Assembly (NCBI GenBank): GCA_037443265.1 | Contig: JBBIOR010000011.1 | Location: 1 to 60,182, forward strand | Direction of reading: 5' to 3' | Source: Candidatus Fraserbacteria bacterium | GTDB lineage: Bacteria > Bipolaricaulota > Bipolaricaulia > RBG-16-55-9 | DNA length: 60,182 nt | Shown: in pieces, positions 52,148-60,182 of the stretch | Layout of the letters: the number at the start of each line of letters is the position of its first letter | How positions within the stretch are numbered: position 1 is the first letter of the stretch | The notes under the pieces: model-generated | What the model was told of the DNA's origin: nothing | Databases searched by the model: none | What the model saw: only the letters and a program-made list of their open reading frames with translations | Translations under genes and position numbers: made by a program

Positions 52148-53425
52148 ATGGAGCTTAAGCTGCCACGGGGGATGCGGGATTTCCCGCCCGAGGAGAAACT
52201 CTTGAGAGACGAAGTGATTGCGCTTCTTGTGGAGGTCTTTGAGCGCTACGGATTTAGTCCTCTAGAGACGCCGATTGTGGAGCGTTGGGAGATCTTAGCG
52301 GCCAAATACGCGGGCGGTGAAGAGATCCTCAAAGAGACGTTCCGGCTGCGCGATCAGGGTGGACGCCCGTTGGGACTGCGCTACGATCATACGGTCCCTC
52401 TGGCCCGCTTCATTGGGATGAACCCCACGATCAAGCGCCCGTTCAAGCGTTATGCGATTGGGCCCGTCTATCGCGATGGGCCGATCAAGCAGGGGCGCGC
52501 TCGCGAGTTCTATCAATGTGATGTGGACACCGTCGGCGTCCATTCCCCCATGGCCGATGCGGAATTTATCCTCATGGCCCTGGAAGTCTTTGATCGCCTG
52601 GGGTTCAAGATCGAGATCTGGGTGAATCACCGGGGGCTCCTCCAGGATCTGGCCGTGGCCGCAGGTGTGCCGGAAGAGCTGCGCGATTCTGCGATTCTTA
52701 CCGTCGACAAGCTGGAGAAGATCGGGCGCTCTTCCGTGAGAGAGGAGTTGCACAAGAAGGGTCTCAAAGCCGACCAGGTCGACCGCTGGCTCGAGATGCT
52801 CAGCCTATCTGGCTGTAGCGACGAGATCTTGCGGCAGCTGAGAAAAGCCCTCCCCTGGAGCCAGGGCCTAAGCGAGCTGATCGAGCTGTTTGAGCATCTT
52901 CCCGAGCGGAGGGAGATCCGTTTTGTGCCCTCGCTCGCCCGAGGTCTCAGCTATTATACCGGTGTCATCTTTGAAGTGAAGAGCCTCGATCCGCCGCTGG
53001 ATGGCTCTGTGGCCGGCGGCGGGCGTTGGGACGACATGATCGGAAATTTCTTGGGTGGTGATGAGAGGTATCCAGCTGTGGGGATCTCGTTTGGGCTCGA
53101 GCCCATCTTTGAGCTCCTTAAGATTCGCCGAGGAGGAGCTGCTCAGAAGACCGTCACGCAAGTCTACGTCATCTCGATTGGCCTAAAGCAGGAGGGTTTG
53201 GAGATCGCCCAGAAGCTGAGAGGGGCGGGCATCAAAGCCGATCTCGATCTAGCGGGCAAGGGGATCAGCGACAATTTGAGATATGCCAACTCGTATGGGA
53301 TTCCCTATGCGTTGATCGTCGGCCCCTCGGAGCTTTCTCAGAACAGAGTGAAGCTACGAGACATGCGCTCCGGGCAGGAAGAGCTTTTAACTCTGGAGCA
53401 GGCGATCGCTCGGCTCAAGGATTAA
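52148..53425 (+). CDS. hisS: Histidine--tRNA ligase
   Basis: PRGMRDF, LRYDHTVP, REFYQCDVD, ARGLSYYTG and GGGRWD motifs. Confidence 0.95.
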   Translation: MELKLPRGMRDFPPEEKLLRDEVIALLVEVFERYGFSPLETPIVERWEILAAKYAGGEEILKETFRLRDQGGRPLGLRYDHTVPLARFIGMNPTIKRPFKRYAIGPVYRDGPIKQGRAREFYQCDVDTVGVHSPMADAEFILMALEVFDRLGFKIEIWVNHRGLLQDLAVAAGVPEELRDSAILTVDKLEKIGRSSVREELHKKGLKADQVDRWLEMLSLSGCSDEILRQLRKALPWSQGLSELIELFEHLPERREIRFVPSLARGLSYYTGVIFEVKSLDPPLDGSVAGGGRWDDMIGNFLGGDERYPAVGISFGLEPIFELLKIRRGGAAQKTVTQVYVISIGLKQEGLEIAQKLRGAGIKADLDLAGKGISDNLRYANSYGIPYALIVGPSELSQNRVKLRDMRSGQEELLTLEQAIARLKD

Positions 53426-53649
53426 CGGCGCGAGCGGCTGAGCCAGCCCATCCCGATCACGAAGGCCATCGCCAGCACCAAGATGACCCACACGAAGGCT
53501 GCCGTCGCCCACGGCCCCAGCGTCTGCTGTTGCTGTGCTGACGGCGAGGACGTCGCCTCCTGGGCCAGCCCCACAGCTCCCACCATAAGCAGCAACAAGC
53601 ACAACACGACAGCCACCTGCCGGCCCATTGGCGCCTTGAACTTCTTCAT
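53422..53649 (-). CDS. Small membrane protein (signal peptide plus C-terminal TM helix)
   Basis: SD GGGGAGG, two hydrophobic segments, basic tail SRSRR. Confidence 0.7.
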   Translation of the reverse strand: MKKFKAPMGRQVAVVLCLLLLMVGAVGLAQEATSSPSAQQQQTLGPWATAAFVWVILVLAMAFVIGMGWLSRSRR

Positions 53650-53679
53650 GAGCCTCCCCCTTCCCCTCCTGTGCTCATT

Positions 53680-54639
53680 CTATAGGAAACCCTTCTCCCG
53701 CATCCACTCGTCCGAGAAGACTCTCTTGATATAATGGCGCCCCGAATCGGGCAGGAGCACCACTAGCGTGCCTGCTTTCATCTTCTCGGCGTAGCGGAGT
53801 GCGCCCAGCACCGCCGAACCCGAAGAAATTCCCACAAAAAGCCCTTCGCGCTTGAGTAGCTCCCGCGTCATGAGAAAGGACTCCCGATCCGTCACCCGGA
53901 TGATCTCGTCGATGATCTTTAAATCAAGCGTCTTAGGGATGATGTCCTCTCCGATGCCCTCAATTAAATAGGGATGGACGTCGTGGGGCAGGCCGTAGAA
54001 CTCAGAGTAGATCAGCGAGCCTTCAGGGTCCACGCCGATGATTTTGACCCGGGGGTTCTTCTCCTTGAGAAATCTTCCGACGCCGCTGATGGTGCCGCCC
54101 GTGCCCACTCCGCAGACAAACGCATCGATCTCTCCGTTAGTCTGCTGCCAGATCTCCGGCCCCGTGGTCTGATAATGAGCCTCCGGGTTGCCTGGGTTTT
54201 CGTATTGATTCGGCAGAAAGCCGCCTCGCTCTTGCGCCAATCGTCGGGCCACGGAATAATAGCTCCTCGGGTCATCGGGAGGGACGGCCGTAGGGCAGAC
54301 GACCACTTCCGCCCCATAGGCCCTAAGAAGATCGATCTTCTCCTGGCTCTGCTTATCCGGGATCGTGCAGACGAGCTTGTAGCCCTTAAGCAGACATGCC
54401 AAGGCCAGCCCGATGCCCGTGTTCCCCGATGTGGGCTCGACGATGGTCATGCCCGGTTTGAGTATCCCCGCGCGTTCGGCTCGCTCAATCATGTTGATCC
54501 CGATGCGATCCTTGACAGAGCCTCCGGGGTTGAAATACTCCAATTTCGCAAAGATGCGCACGGGGGTAGGATTGATCCGAGAGAGCTCCACCATGGGAGT
54601 CTGGCCGATCAGCTCGAGAATATTCTGCGCAACGCGCAT
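53680..54639 (-). CDS. Cystathionine beta-synthase / cysteine synthase family PLP enzyme (catalytic core only)
   Basis: NPGGSVKDRIG, EPTSGNTG, NQYENPGN and GTGGT motifs, adjacent to a cystathionine lyase. Confidence 0.85.
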   Translation of the reverse strand: MRVAQNILELIGQTPMVELSRINPTPVRIFAKLEYFNPGGSVKDRIGINMIERAERAGILKPGMTIVEPTSGNTGIGLALACLLKGYKLVCTIPDKQSQEKIDLLRAYGAEVVVCPTAVPPDDPRSYYSVARRLAQERGGFLPNQYENPGNPEAHYQTTGPEIWQQTNGEIDAFVCGVGTGGTISGVGRFLKEKNPRVKIIGVDPEGSLIYSEFYGLPHDVHPYLIEGIGEDIIPKTLDLKIIDEIIRVTDRESFLMTRELLKREGLFVGISSGSAVLGALRYAEKMKAGTLVVLLPDSGRHYIKRVFSDEWMREKGFL

Positions 54640-54645
54640 GATGGC

Positions 54646-55773
54646 TCAGAGGGCTGCGAGGGCGTTCTGGAGATCTTCCCTGAGATCATCTGGGTGTTCG
54701 ATGCCTATAGAGAGGCGCAAGAGGTTGTCTTTGATGCCGCGGCGGGCGCGCTCCTTAGGCGGCATCGAGGCATGGGTCATGCTAGAGGGGTGATTGATCA
54801 AAGACTCAATTCCGCCCAAGCTTTCTGCCAGCTTGATCACCTTCAGATTTTTCAAGAAGCGCTCCACCTCTCCCTTGAGTTCAAAGGAAAGCATCCCCGA
54901 AAAAGCCTTCATCTGGCGGCGGGCTATCTCATGGCCGGGGTGCGACGCCAGCCCGGGATAATAGACCCGCTCGATGTGGGGATGCTCGCTCAAGAACTCG
55001 GCAATTCTCTGGGCGTTCTCTGAGTGAGCTCTCATGCGCACGGCCAGCGTCTTGATCCCACGGTGCACCAAAAAACAATCGAAGGGCGATGGGACGGCTC
55101 CCACGGCCTTTTGAATGAATTTGAGCTCCTGATAGAGCGTCTTGTCGTGGGTGATCAAGGCCCCGCCGATCAAGTCGCTATGGCCGCCCAGATATTTGGT
55201 CGTGCTGTGCAGCACCACATCCGCACCCCACTCGAGCGGCCGTTGCAGATAGGGCGAGGCAAAGGTGTTGTCCACCACGAGAAGAGCGCCCCGCTTGCGC
55301 CGAGCCACCCCCGCGATATCTGTGATTTTGAGGAGGGGATTGCTGGGCGTCTCGATCCAGATGAGCTTCGTGTTCTTGCGCAGGACGACGTTTTCTAGCT
55401 GGCTTGTGTCCACATAGCTGAACTCGAGCCCGTATTTGCTATATATCTCTTCAAAGAGCCGGTAGGTGCCCCCATAGAGATCCTCACAGGCGAGGACGTG
55501 ATCGCCCGGACTAAGCAGAGTTAAGACGGCTGCCGTGGCGGCCACGCCTGAGGCGAACGCGACGGCATAGTGCGCGCCTTCGAGGGCGGCTAAAGCTTGT
55601 TCGAGTCTTTGTCGGGTGGGGTTATCCGCTCGGCTGTAGTCGAAGCCCTTATGGACGCCAGGGGCCTCTTGCTCGTAGGTGGAGGTGGCATAGATGGGGA
55701 AGATGACGGCTCCGGTGGCGGGATCGGGCTCGCTGCCCACGTGGATGGCTTGGGTCTCAAAGCGGGGACTCAT
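54646..55773 (-). CDS. Cystathionine gamma-lyase/synthase family PLP enzyme
   Basis: [32 protein letters not shown] and AESLGG motifs. Confidence 0.9.
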   Translation of the reverse strand: MSPRFETQAIHVGSEPDPATGAVIFPIYATSTYEQEAPGVHKGFDYSRADNPTRQRLEQALAALEGAHYAVAFASGVAATAAVLTLLSPGDHVLACEDLYGGTYRLFEEIYSKYGLEFSYVDTSQLENVVLRKNTKLIWIETPSNPLLKITDIAGVARRKRGALLVVDNTFASPYLQRPLEWGADVVLHSTTKYLGGHSDLIGGALITHDKTLYQELKFIQKAVGAVPSPFDCFLVHRGIKTLAVRMRAHSENAQRIAEFLSEHPHIERVYYPGLASHPGHEIARRQMKAFSGMLSFELKGEVERFLKNLKVIKLAESLGGIESLINHPSSMTHASMPPKERARRGIKDNLLRLSIGIEHPDDLREDLQNALAAL

Positions 55774-55979
55774 TTATTAATAAATTGAGCGTACTTGCGC
55801 TGGAAGAGCTCCACGCGCCCGGCGGTGTCCACAAACTTCTCTTCCCCGGTGAAGAAGGGATGGCACTTGGAGCAGATGTCCACGTGTAGATTGTCCCCCG
55901 TCGAAAACGTCTCGAACTCGGCTCCGCAGTTACAGCGGATGGTCACGCGCTTCATCTCCGGGTGGATTCCGGGTTTCAT
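55770..55979 (-). CDS. rpmE: 50S ribosomal protein L31 (Zn-binding type)
   Basis: [21 protein letters not shown] and GRVELF motifs. Confidence 0.97.
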   Translation of the reverse strand: MKPGIHPEMKRVTIRCNCGAEFETFSTGDNLHVDICSKCHPFFTGEEKFVDTAGRVELFQRKYAQFINK

Positions 55980-56000
55980 GGGAAGTCACCTCGCTTGGGG

Positions 56001-56450
56001 CTAGCGCTTGCTGAACTGCTGGCCGCGCCGAGCTTTGTGGAGCCCGTACTTCTTGCGCTCGACCATGCGGGGATCGCGGGTGAGCAAGCCCGCGGCCTTG
56101 AGCGTCTTGCGGAACTCGACGTTGACGGCCAAGAGCGCGCGGGCGATCCCATGCCGGAGTGCCTCCATCTGGCCGGAGGGGCCGCCGCCCCGGATGTTGG
56201 CCTTCACGTCATACTTGCCCAGCGTGTCCGTCACCTCAAAGGGCTGCAGCGCGATCTTCTTGAAGCGTTCCCCTATCCACTTGCCGGCAAAATACTCTTC
56301 CGCCGGATGGCCGTTGATGATCACTCGGCCTTCGCCCTGGGCCAGATAGACCCGAGCGACAGACTCCTTGCGCCTTCCTACCGCATGAAGGTAGCCGTTG
56401 ATCTTCTGGGGTAGCCTAGACTTTGCCACCGTCTCCACAGTCTCTGCCAT
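56001..56450 (-). CDS. rpsI: 30S ribosomal protein S9
   Basis: [30 protein letters not shown] and QFSKR motifs. Confidence 0.97.
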   Translation of the reverse strand: MAETVETVAKSRLPQKINGYLHAVGRRKESVARVYLAQGEGRVIINGHPAEEYFAGKWIGERFKKIALQPFEVTDTLGKYDVKANIRGGGPSGQMEALRHGIARALLAVNVEFRKTLKAAGLLTRDPRMVERKKYGLHKARRGQQFSKR

Positions 56451-56508
56451 GCAGACCTCCATATTCACTGAAACTGAATAAGCAGCCAGCTTACGAATCG
56501 CGAGCCTC

Positions 56509-56537
56509 ACTATACTCCAATTAGAGGGCCTTTGCAA
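56509..56537 (-). promoter_or_regulatory. rpsI promoter overlapping the ahcY 3' end
   Basis: TTGCAA-17nt-TATAGT on the minus strand. Confidence 0.65.
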
Positions 56538-57774
56538 GATAGGCCTGCTGAGCCGGGCTCAGCTCATCGATCCGCACCCCCAGGGCCTCGAGCTTGAGGC
56601 GCGCGATCTTCTCATCGATCTCCTTGGGGACGGAGTAGAGGCCCGGCTTGAGCTTCTTGTGATGCTGGATGAGATATTCGAGCGTGAGTGCCTGGACGGC
56701 AAACGAGAGATCCATGATCTCCATGGGATGACCATCCCCGCAGGCGAGATTGACCAGCCTCCCCTGGCCGAGTAGATAGAGCCTGCGGCCGTCTGGGAGC
56801 GTGAATTCCTCGATATTGGGCCGGATCTCCGCCCGTGAGATGGCCAGCTTGACCAGATCGGGAATGCAGATCTCGACGTCGAAGTGGCCGGCGTTGGCCA
56901 GGATCGCTCCGTCTCTCATGAGCGCAAAGTGCTCTTCTCGGATCACGTCTATGCATCCGGTGGCCGTGATGAAGAGATCTCCCAGGGGGGCGGCCTCTTC
57001 CATCGGCATCACGCGAAAGCCGTCCATGAGGGCTTCCAGGGCCTTGATCGGGTCGACTTCCGTGACGATCACTGCGGCTCCCAGCCCGCGGGCTCTTTGG
57101 GCGATTCCTCGGCCGCACCAGCCGTAGCTGGCTACTACCACCGTCTTGCCCGCAATCGAGAGATTAGTAGTGCGCATGATCCCATCCCAAGTGGACTGCC
57201 CCGTCCCGTAGCGATTGTCAAATAAAAATTTCATCTGGGCGTCGTTGACGGCGAACATGGGGAAGCGCAGCTTGCCCTCTTTCGCCAGCGCTTTCAGGCG
57301 TCTTACGCCAGTGGTCGTCTCTTCGGTGCCGCCCCAGATCTCCCCGGCCCAATTCGAGAGTTTTCCGTGGAGCAGGGCTACAAGATCACCGCCGTCGTCG
57401 AGGATCACCTGAGGACGGATCTTAAGCGCTTGCGTGAGGTGGCGTTCGTAGTCTTGGGGTGAGACGCCATGGCGGGCGAAGACGCTGATGTGCTCATCTT
57501 GGGCGAGCGCCGCGGCCACATCGTCTTGGGTGGAGAGGGGATTCGAGCCGGTGACGGCCAGCTCTGCCCCGCCGCTTCTGAGCACCCGGGCCAGATAGGC
57601 CGTCTTGGCCTCCAGATGTATGCTCATGGCCAGCCGTAGACCCGCAAAGGGTCTCTCTATGGAAAAGCGTTCTTGGATTTTCTTCAGCAATTGCATGTGG
57701 CGCTCGACCCAGCGAAGCTTCTGTTCGCCTAGGGGGGCCAGCTTCATATCGCGTACTTCTGAGGGCATGCTCAT
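56521..57774 (-). CDS. ahcY: S-adenosylhomocysteine hydrolase
   Basis: [30 protein letters not shown] and GRLVNL..GDGHP motifs. Confidence 0.96.
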   Translation of the reverse strand: MSMPSEVRDMKLAPLGEQKLRWVERHMQLLKKIQERFSIERPFAGLRLAMSIHLEAKTAYLARVLRSGGAELAVTGSNPLSTQDDVAAALAQDEHISVFARHGVSPQDYERHLTQALKIRPQVILDDGGDLVALLHGKLSNWAGEIWGGTEETTTGVRRLKALAKEGKLRFPMFAVNDAQMKFLFDNRYGTGQSTWDGIMRTTNLSIAGKTVVVASYGWCGRGIAQRARGLGAAVIVTEVDPIKALEALMDGFRVMPMEEAAPLGDLFITATGCIDVIREEHFALMRDGAILANAGHFDVEICIPDLVKLAISRAEIRPNIEEFTLPDGRRLYLLGQGRLVNLACGDGHPMEIMDLSFAVQALTLEYLIQHHKKLKPGLYSVPKEIDEKIARLKLEALGVRIDELSPAQQAYLAKAL

Positions 57775-57845
57775 TCCTCCCGTAAAGAAAAGCCTAGATG
57801 AGTTGACATCTGGGGCCATTATAGAGAAGATGTAGGCGGGTTGTC

Positions 57846-58727
57846 ATGTCTTTCCCGGAGAAACTTTGCTCGCCCCGCATCGTGCGCCAGCTGCTTAAGG
57901 AGCATGAAATTCGCCTTCGCCAGCGTTGGGGACAGCACTTCCTCTGCGACGAGAACATACTCGATAAGATCATCGCGGCCGCCCAGCTCCACAGAGGCGA
58001 GCGCGTCTTTGAGATTGGAGCCGGCTTGGGGACTCTCACTCAAGCCATCGCGCCCCTGGTGCGCGCAGTGATCGCCGTGGAGATCGATCCCCGGCTCATC
58101 CCCATCTTGCGCGAGCAGCTGGCTGAGCATCCCAACGTGCGCCTGATCCAAGCCGACGTGCTGAAACTCGACTGGCGCACTCTTCTCCCTGTCAGTACAC
58201 GCCTGAAGGTCATGGGGAATCTCCCCTATGGAATCACGTCGCCGCTGCTGGCGAGACTCATAGAGCATCGGGATCTCTTTGGGGAGGCGCTGCTCATGGT
58301 CCAGCGGGAAGTAGCCGAAAAGCTCATCGCCCGGCCGGGGAGACGGGAGACCAGCTCCTTAGGGATCTTTGTTCAAGTCTATTGCGATGTGGAGCTTTTG
58401 CTGCGGGTTTCGAGAAACTGCTTCTACCCTCGCCCAGAGGTCGATTCCGCCCTCGTGCGGCTCTCGTTCTTAGAAAGGCCCAGATTTCTCGCCTCTGAAG
58501 AGTGCTTCATGGCCATCGTGCATGCGGCCTTGGGGATGCGTCGCAAGACTCTTCGGCAAGCGCTCACCCTCTCCCCCCAGCTAAGCCTCTCTCGTGAGCA
58601 TGCCCTCGATTTACTGCATCAGACCGGCATTGAGGAGACTCGCCGGGGAGAGACGCTCACCCTCGAAGAGCTCGATCGCTTGGCTCAGGCGCTGGAAGAG
58701 CGCTTTGGTTACGGGTCCTCCCACTAG
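57846..58727 (+). CDS. rsmA: 16S rRNA m6,6A dimethyltransferase
   Basis: GQHFL, EIGAGLG, GNLPYGI, F.PRPEVDS and RRKTL motifs. Confidence 0.95.
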   Translation: MSFPEKLCSPRIVRQLLKEHEIRLRQRWGQHFLCDENILDKIIAAAQLHRGERVFEIGAGLGTLTQAIAPLVRAVIAVEIDPRLIPILREQLAEHPNVRLIQADVLKLDWRTLLPVSTRLKVMGNLPYGITSPLLARLIEHRDLFGEALLMVQREVAEKLIARPGRRETSSLGIFVQVYCDVELLLRVSRNCFYPRPEVDSALVRLSFLERPRFLASEECFMAIVHAALGMRRKTLRQALTLSPQLSLSREHALDLLHQTGIEETRRGETLTLEELDRLAQALEERFGYGSSH

Positions 58728-59179
58728 GGTGGGGAGGGGCACTCCTCTTCTTGCTTGAGGCGCTCGTAGATCTGCTTGACGAACTCCTTCTCGCGGGTGG
58801 GATTGAGCTCCTTGCCCACGAGCTGAAAGATGTGCTTCCAGCGGAGGCGCGTACCAGCCAGCTGCTCCAGGGTGAGATCCTTCAAGTGGACTTCACCTCG
58901 CTCGATGCGCTTCATGAGATCTCGTTGCTTCTGGCGATCCAGCTCGCCGAGGTGATGGCTGATCATATAGGCCAGCAGGCCACGGATGTAGTCGGAGTGG
59001 CCTTCACGCTTGGCCACAGCGAACGCCCGCCACCAGCGGGCTTTTTCGACCTCGCCATCCAGCATGAGCAGGCCCTCCACCTCTTCGGGGTCGCGGTTCG
59101 TGCACTGAATGATCTGCTCGCCGTACGCGAGACGCGCCAGCTCAATGCGGCTCCTAAGATCAAGCTCATCTTCGGGCAT
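58724..59179 (-). CDS. Hypothetical cytoplasmic protein
   Basis: Fills the gap between rsmA and the tRNA, GC3-biased codons, upstream TTGCTT-17nt-TAAGAT. No family recognised. Confidence 0.7.
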   Translation of the reverse strand: MPEDELDLRSRIELARLAYGEQIIQCTNRDPEEVEGLLMLDGEVEKARWWRAFAVAKREGHSDYIRGLLAYMISHHLGELDRQKQRDLMKRIERGEVHLKDLTLEQLAGTRLRWKHIFQLVGKELNPTREKEFVKQIYERLKQEEECPSPP

Positions 59180-59258
59180 TTTGGGCAACCGCTCCCTCTG
59201 CTGGGGCTGTCCTTGCTCGGGTATCTTAATGCGCTTGCCTGGCAAAAGCAATGGGGAT

Positions 59259-59288
59259 TTGTCTGGGACGCGCGCGCCTTTGTATAAT
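59259..59288 (+). promoter_or_regulatory. Promoter for tRNA-Leu(CAA)-udp
   Basis: TTGTCT-18nt-TATAAT. Confidence 0.6.
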
Positions 59289-59312
59289 GTGTCTCTCAAG
59301 CTGGCAGGAGGC

Positions 59313-59398
59313 GCCGAGGTGGCGGAACTGGCAGACGCGCGGGACTCAAAATCCCGTGGTGTGCAAACACCATGAGGGTTCGACTCCCTCCCTCGGCA
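59313..59398 (+). tRNA. tRNA-Leu(CAA)
   Basis: Acceptor stem GCCGAGG/CCTCGGC plus A, anticodon arm CGGGA-CTCAAAA-TCCCG, long variable arm. CCA not fully encoded (CCT). Confidence 0.95.
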
Positions 59399-59415
59399 CC
59401 TAAAGAAAGATCCTC

Positions 59416-60177
59416 ATGAAAAGAGTCTACCATCTGGCGCTGAATGAGCAGATGACCCAGGGAGCGCGGATCGCCCTATTGCCTGGAGATCCGGCGCGCG
59501 TGCCTAAGTTGGCCCACGCCTTCGATCCCCAGGCCCAAGAGCTGGCCTATCACAGAGAATATCGCACGTACTTGGGGACCTGCACGGACAAGCCCGTCTT
59601 GATCGTCTCCACCGGAATAGGAGGCTCATCCACAGCGATTGCCGTCGATGAGCTGGCACAGCTGGGAGTCAGAACGTTCATCCGAGTAGGAACATCGGGG
59701 GCCATTGCGCCTCACCTCGAAGTCGGGGATGTGGTCATCACGGCCGGGTCGGTCCGTCTCGACGGAGCCTCTGTACAGTATGCGCCGATCGAGTACCCTG
59801 CCGTAGCCCACTACGAGATCGTCCGCGCGCTGGTGGAGGCGGCTCGCCGCCTGAAGAAGCGCTACCACGTCGGCATCACCGCCTCGACGGCCACCTTCCA
59901 TCCAGGGCAGGAGCGGCCGGATTCGTACTTGGGCTATGTCCCGCGCTCCCTGCAAGGAGCCACAGCCGAATGGAAGAGATTGGGAGTGCTCAACTATGAG
60001 ATGGAATCGGCCACCGTACTGACCTTGGCTGGCTTATTCGGCTGCCAAGCGGGCTGCATCACGGGAGTGGTGGATAAGCACGAAAGAGCAGGAGCGATCA
60101 CCGAGGAAGGGCTCAGGCTGGGAGAGGAGAACGCCATCGCCGTAGCCGCCAAGGCCTTGGAATGGCTGCCTGCCTGA
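59416..60177 (+). CDS. udp: Uridine phosphorylase
   Basis: LPGDPARV, HREY, STGIGG, IRVGTSG, GQER and NYEMES motifs. Confidence 0.93.
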   Translation: MKRVYHLALNEQMTQGARIALLPGDPARVPKLAHAFDPQAQELAYHREYRTYLGTCTDKPVLIVSTGIGGSSTAIAVDELAQLGVRTFIRVGTSGAIAPHLEVGDVVITAGSVRLDGASVQYAPIEYPAVAHYEIVRALVEAARRLKKRYHVGITASTATFHPGQERPDSYLGYVPRSLQGATAEWKRLGVLNYEMESATVLTLAGLFGCQAGCITGVVDKHERAGAITEEGLRLGEENAIAVAAKALEWLPA

Positions 60178-60182
60178 TTGGC

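Noticed and set aside
57775..57825. Possible SAH riboswitch or attenuator upstream of ahcY
   Set aside because: The inferred leader is only about 37 nt with a 5-bp hairpin, too short for an aptamer and expression platform.
46726..59398. Two tRNA-Leu genes as possible att sites of an integrated element
   Set aside because: Both are complete tRNAs with different anticodons, the intervening genes are housekeeping, and there is no integrase.

Overview
About 60 kb of GC-rich bacterial chromosome. Most of it is housekeeping: a split dcw cluster (murD-ftsW-murG-murC-murB-ftsQ-ftsA-ftsZ, with murF, ddl and murE elsewhere), lspA-tmk-dnaN, tatA-sucC, coaX, gyrB, priA, hemACDB, plsX-fabH-fabD-fabG-acpP, hisS, ahcY, rpsI-rpmE, cystathionine enzymes, rsmA, udp and two tRNA-Leu genes. 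I see no rRNA, CRISPR array, IS element or prophage. The gene mix looks like Ca. Bipolaricaulota/Acetothermia, but that is an unverified impression. The strongest candidates for a novel system are three. (1) A 9 kb island (13.6-22.6 kb) of five exported proteins with about 13 CARDB-like Ig domains, many carrying Cys-pair loop insertions, plus a beta-propeller and a PKD membrane protein. (2) An unannotated 23-aa Lys-rich micropeptide with a histone-H1-like SPKK motif, which has its own SD, terminator and a CRP-like site at -41.5. (3) An archaeal-type PINA (PIN-ATPase-KH) gene next to an alternative sigma factor, a stand-alone LigD phosphoesterase and a CRP regulator. Also notable: a tRNA-Leu forming the leader of the fatty-acid operon, rpsI-rpmE co-transcribed with transsulfuration genes, and a degraded EamA gene. 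Start codons were chosen by eye from SD motifs and family N-termini.
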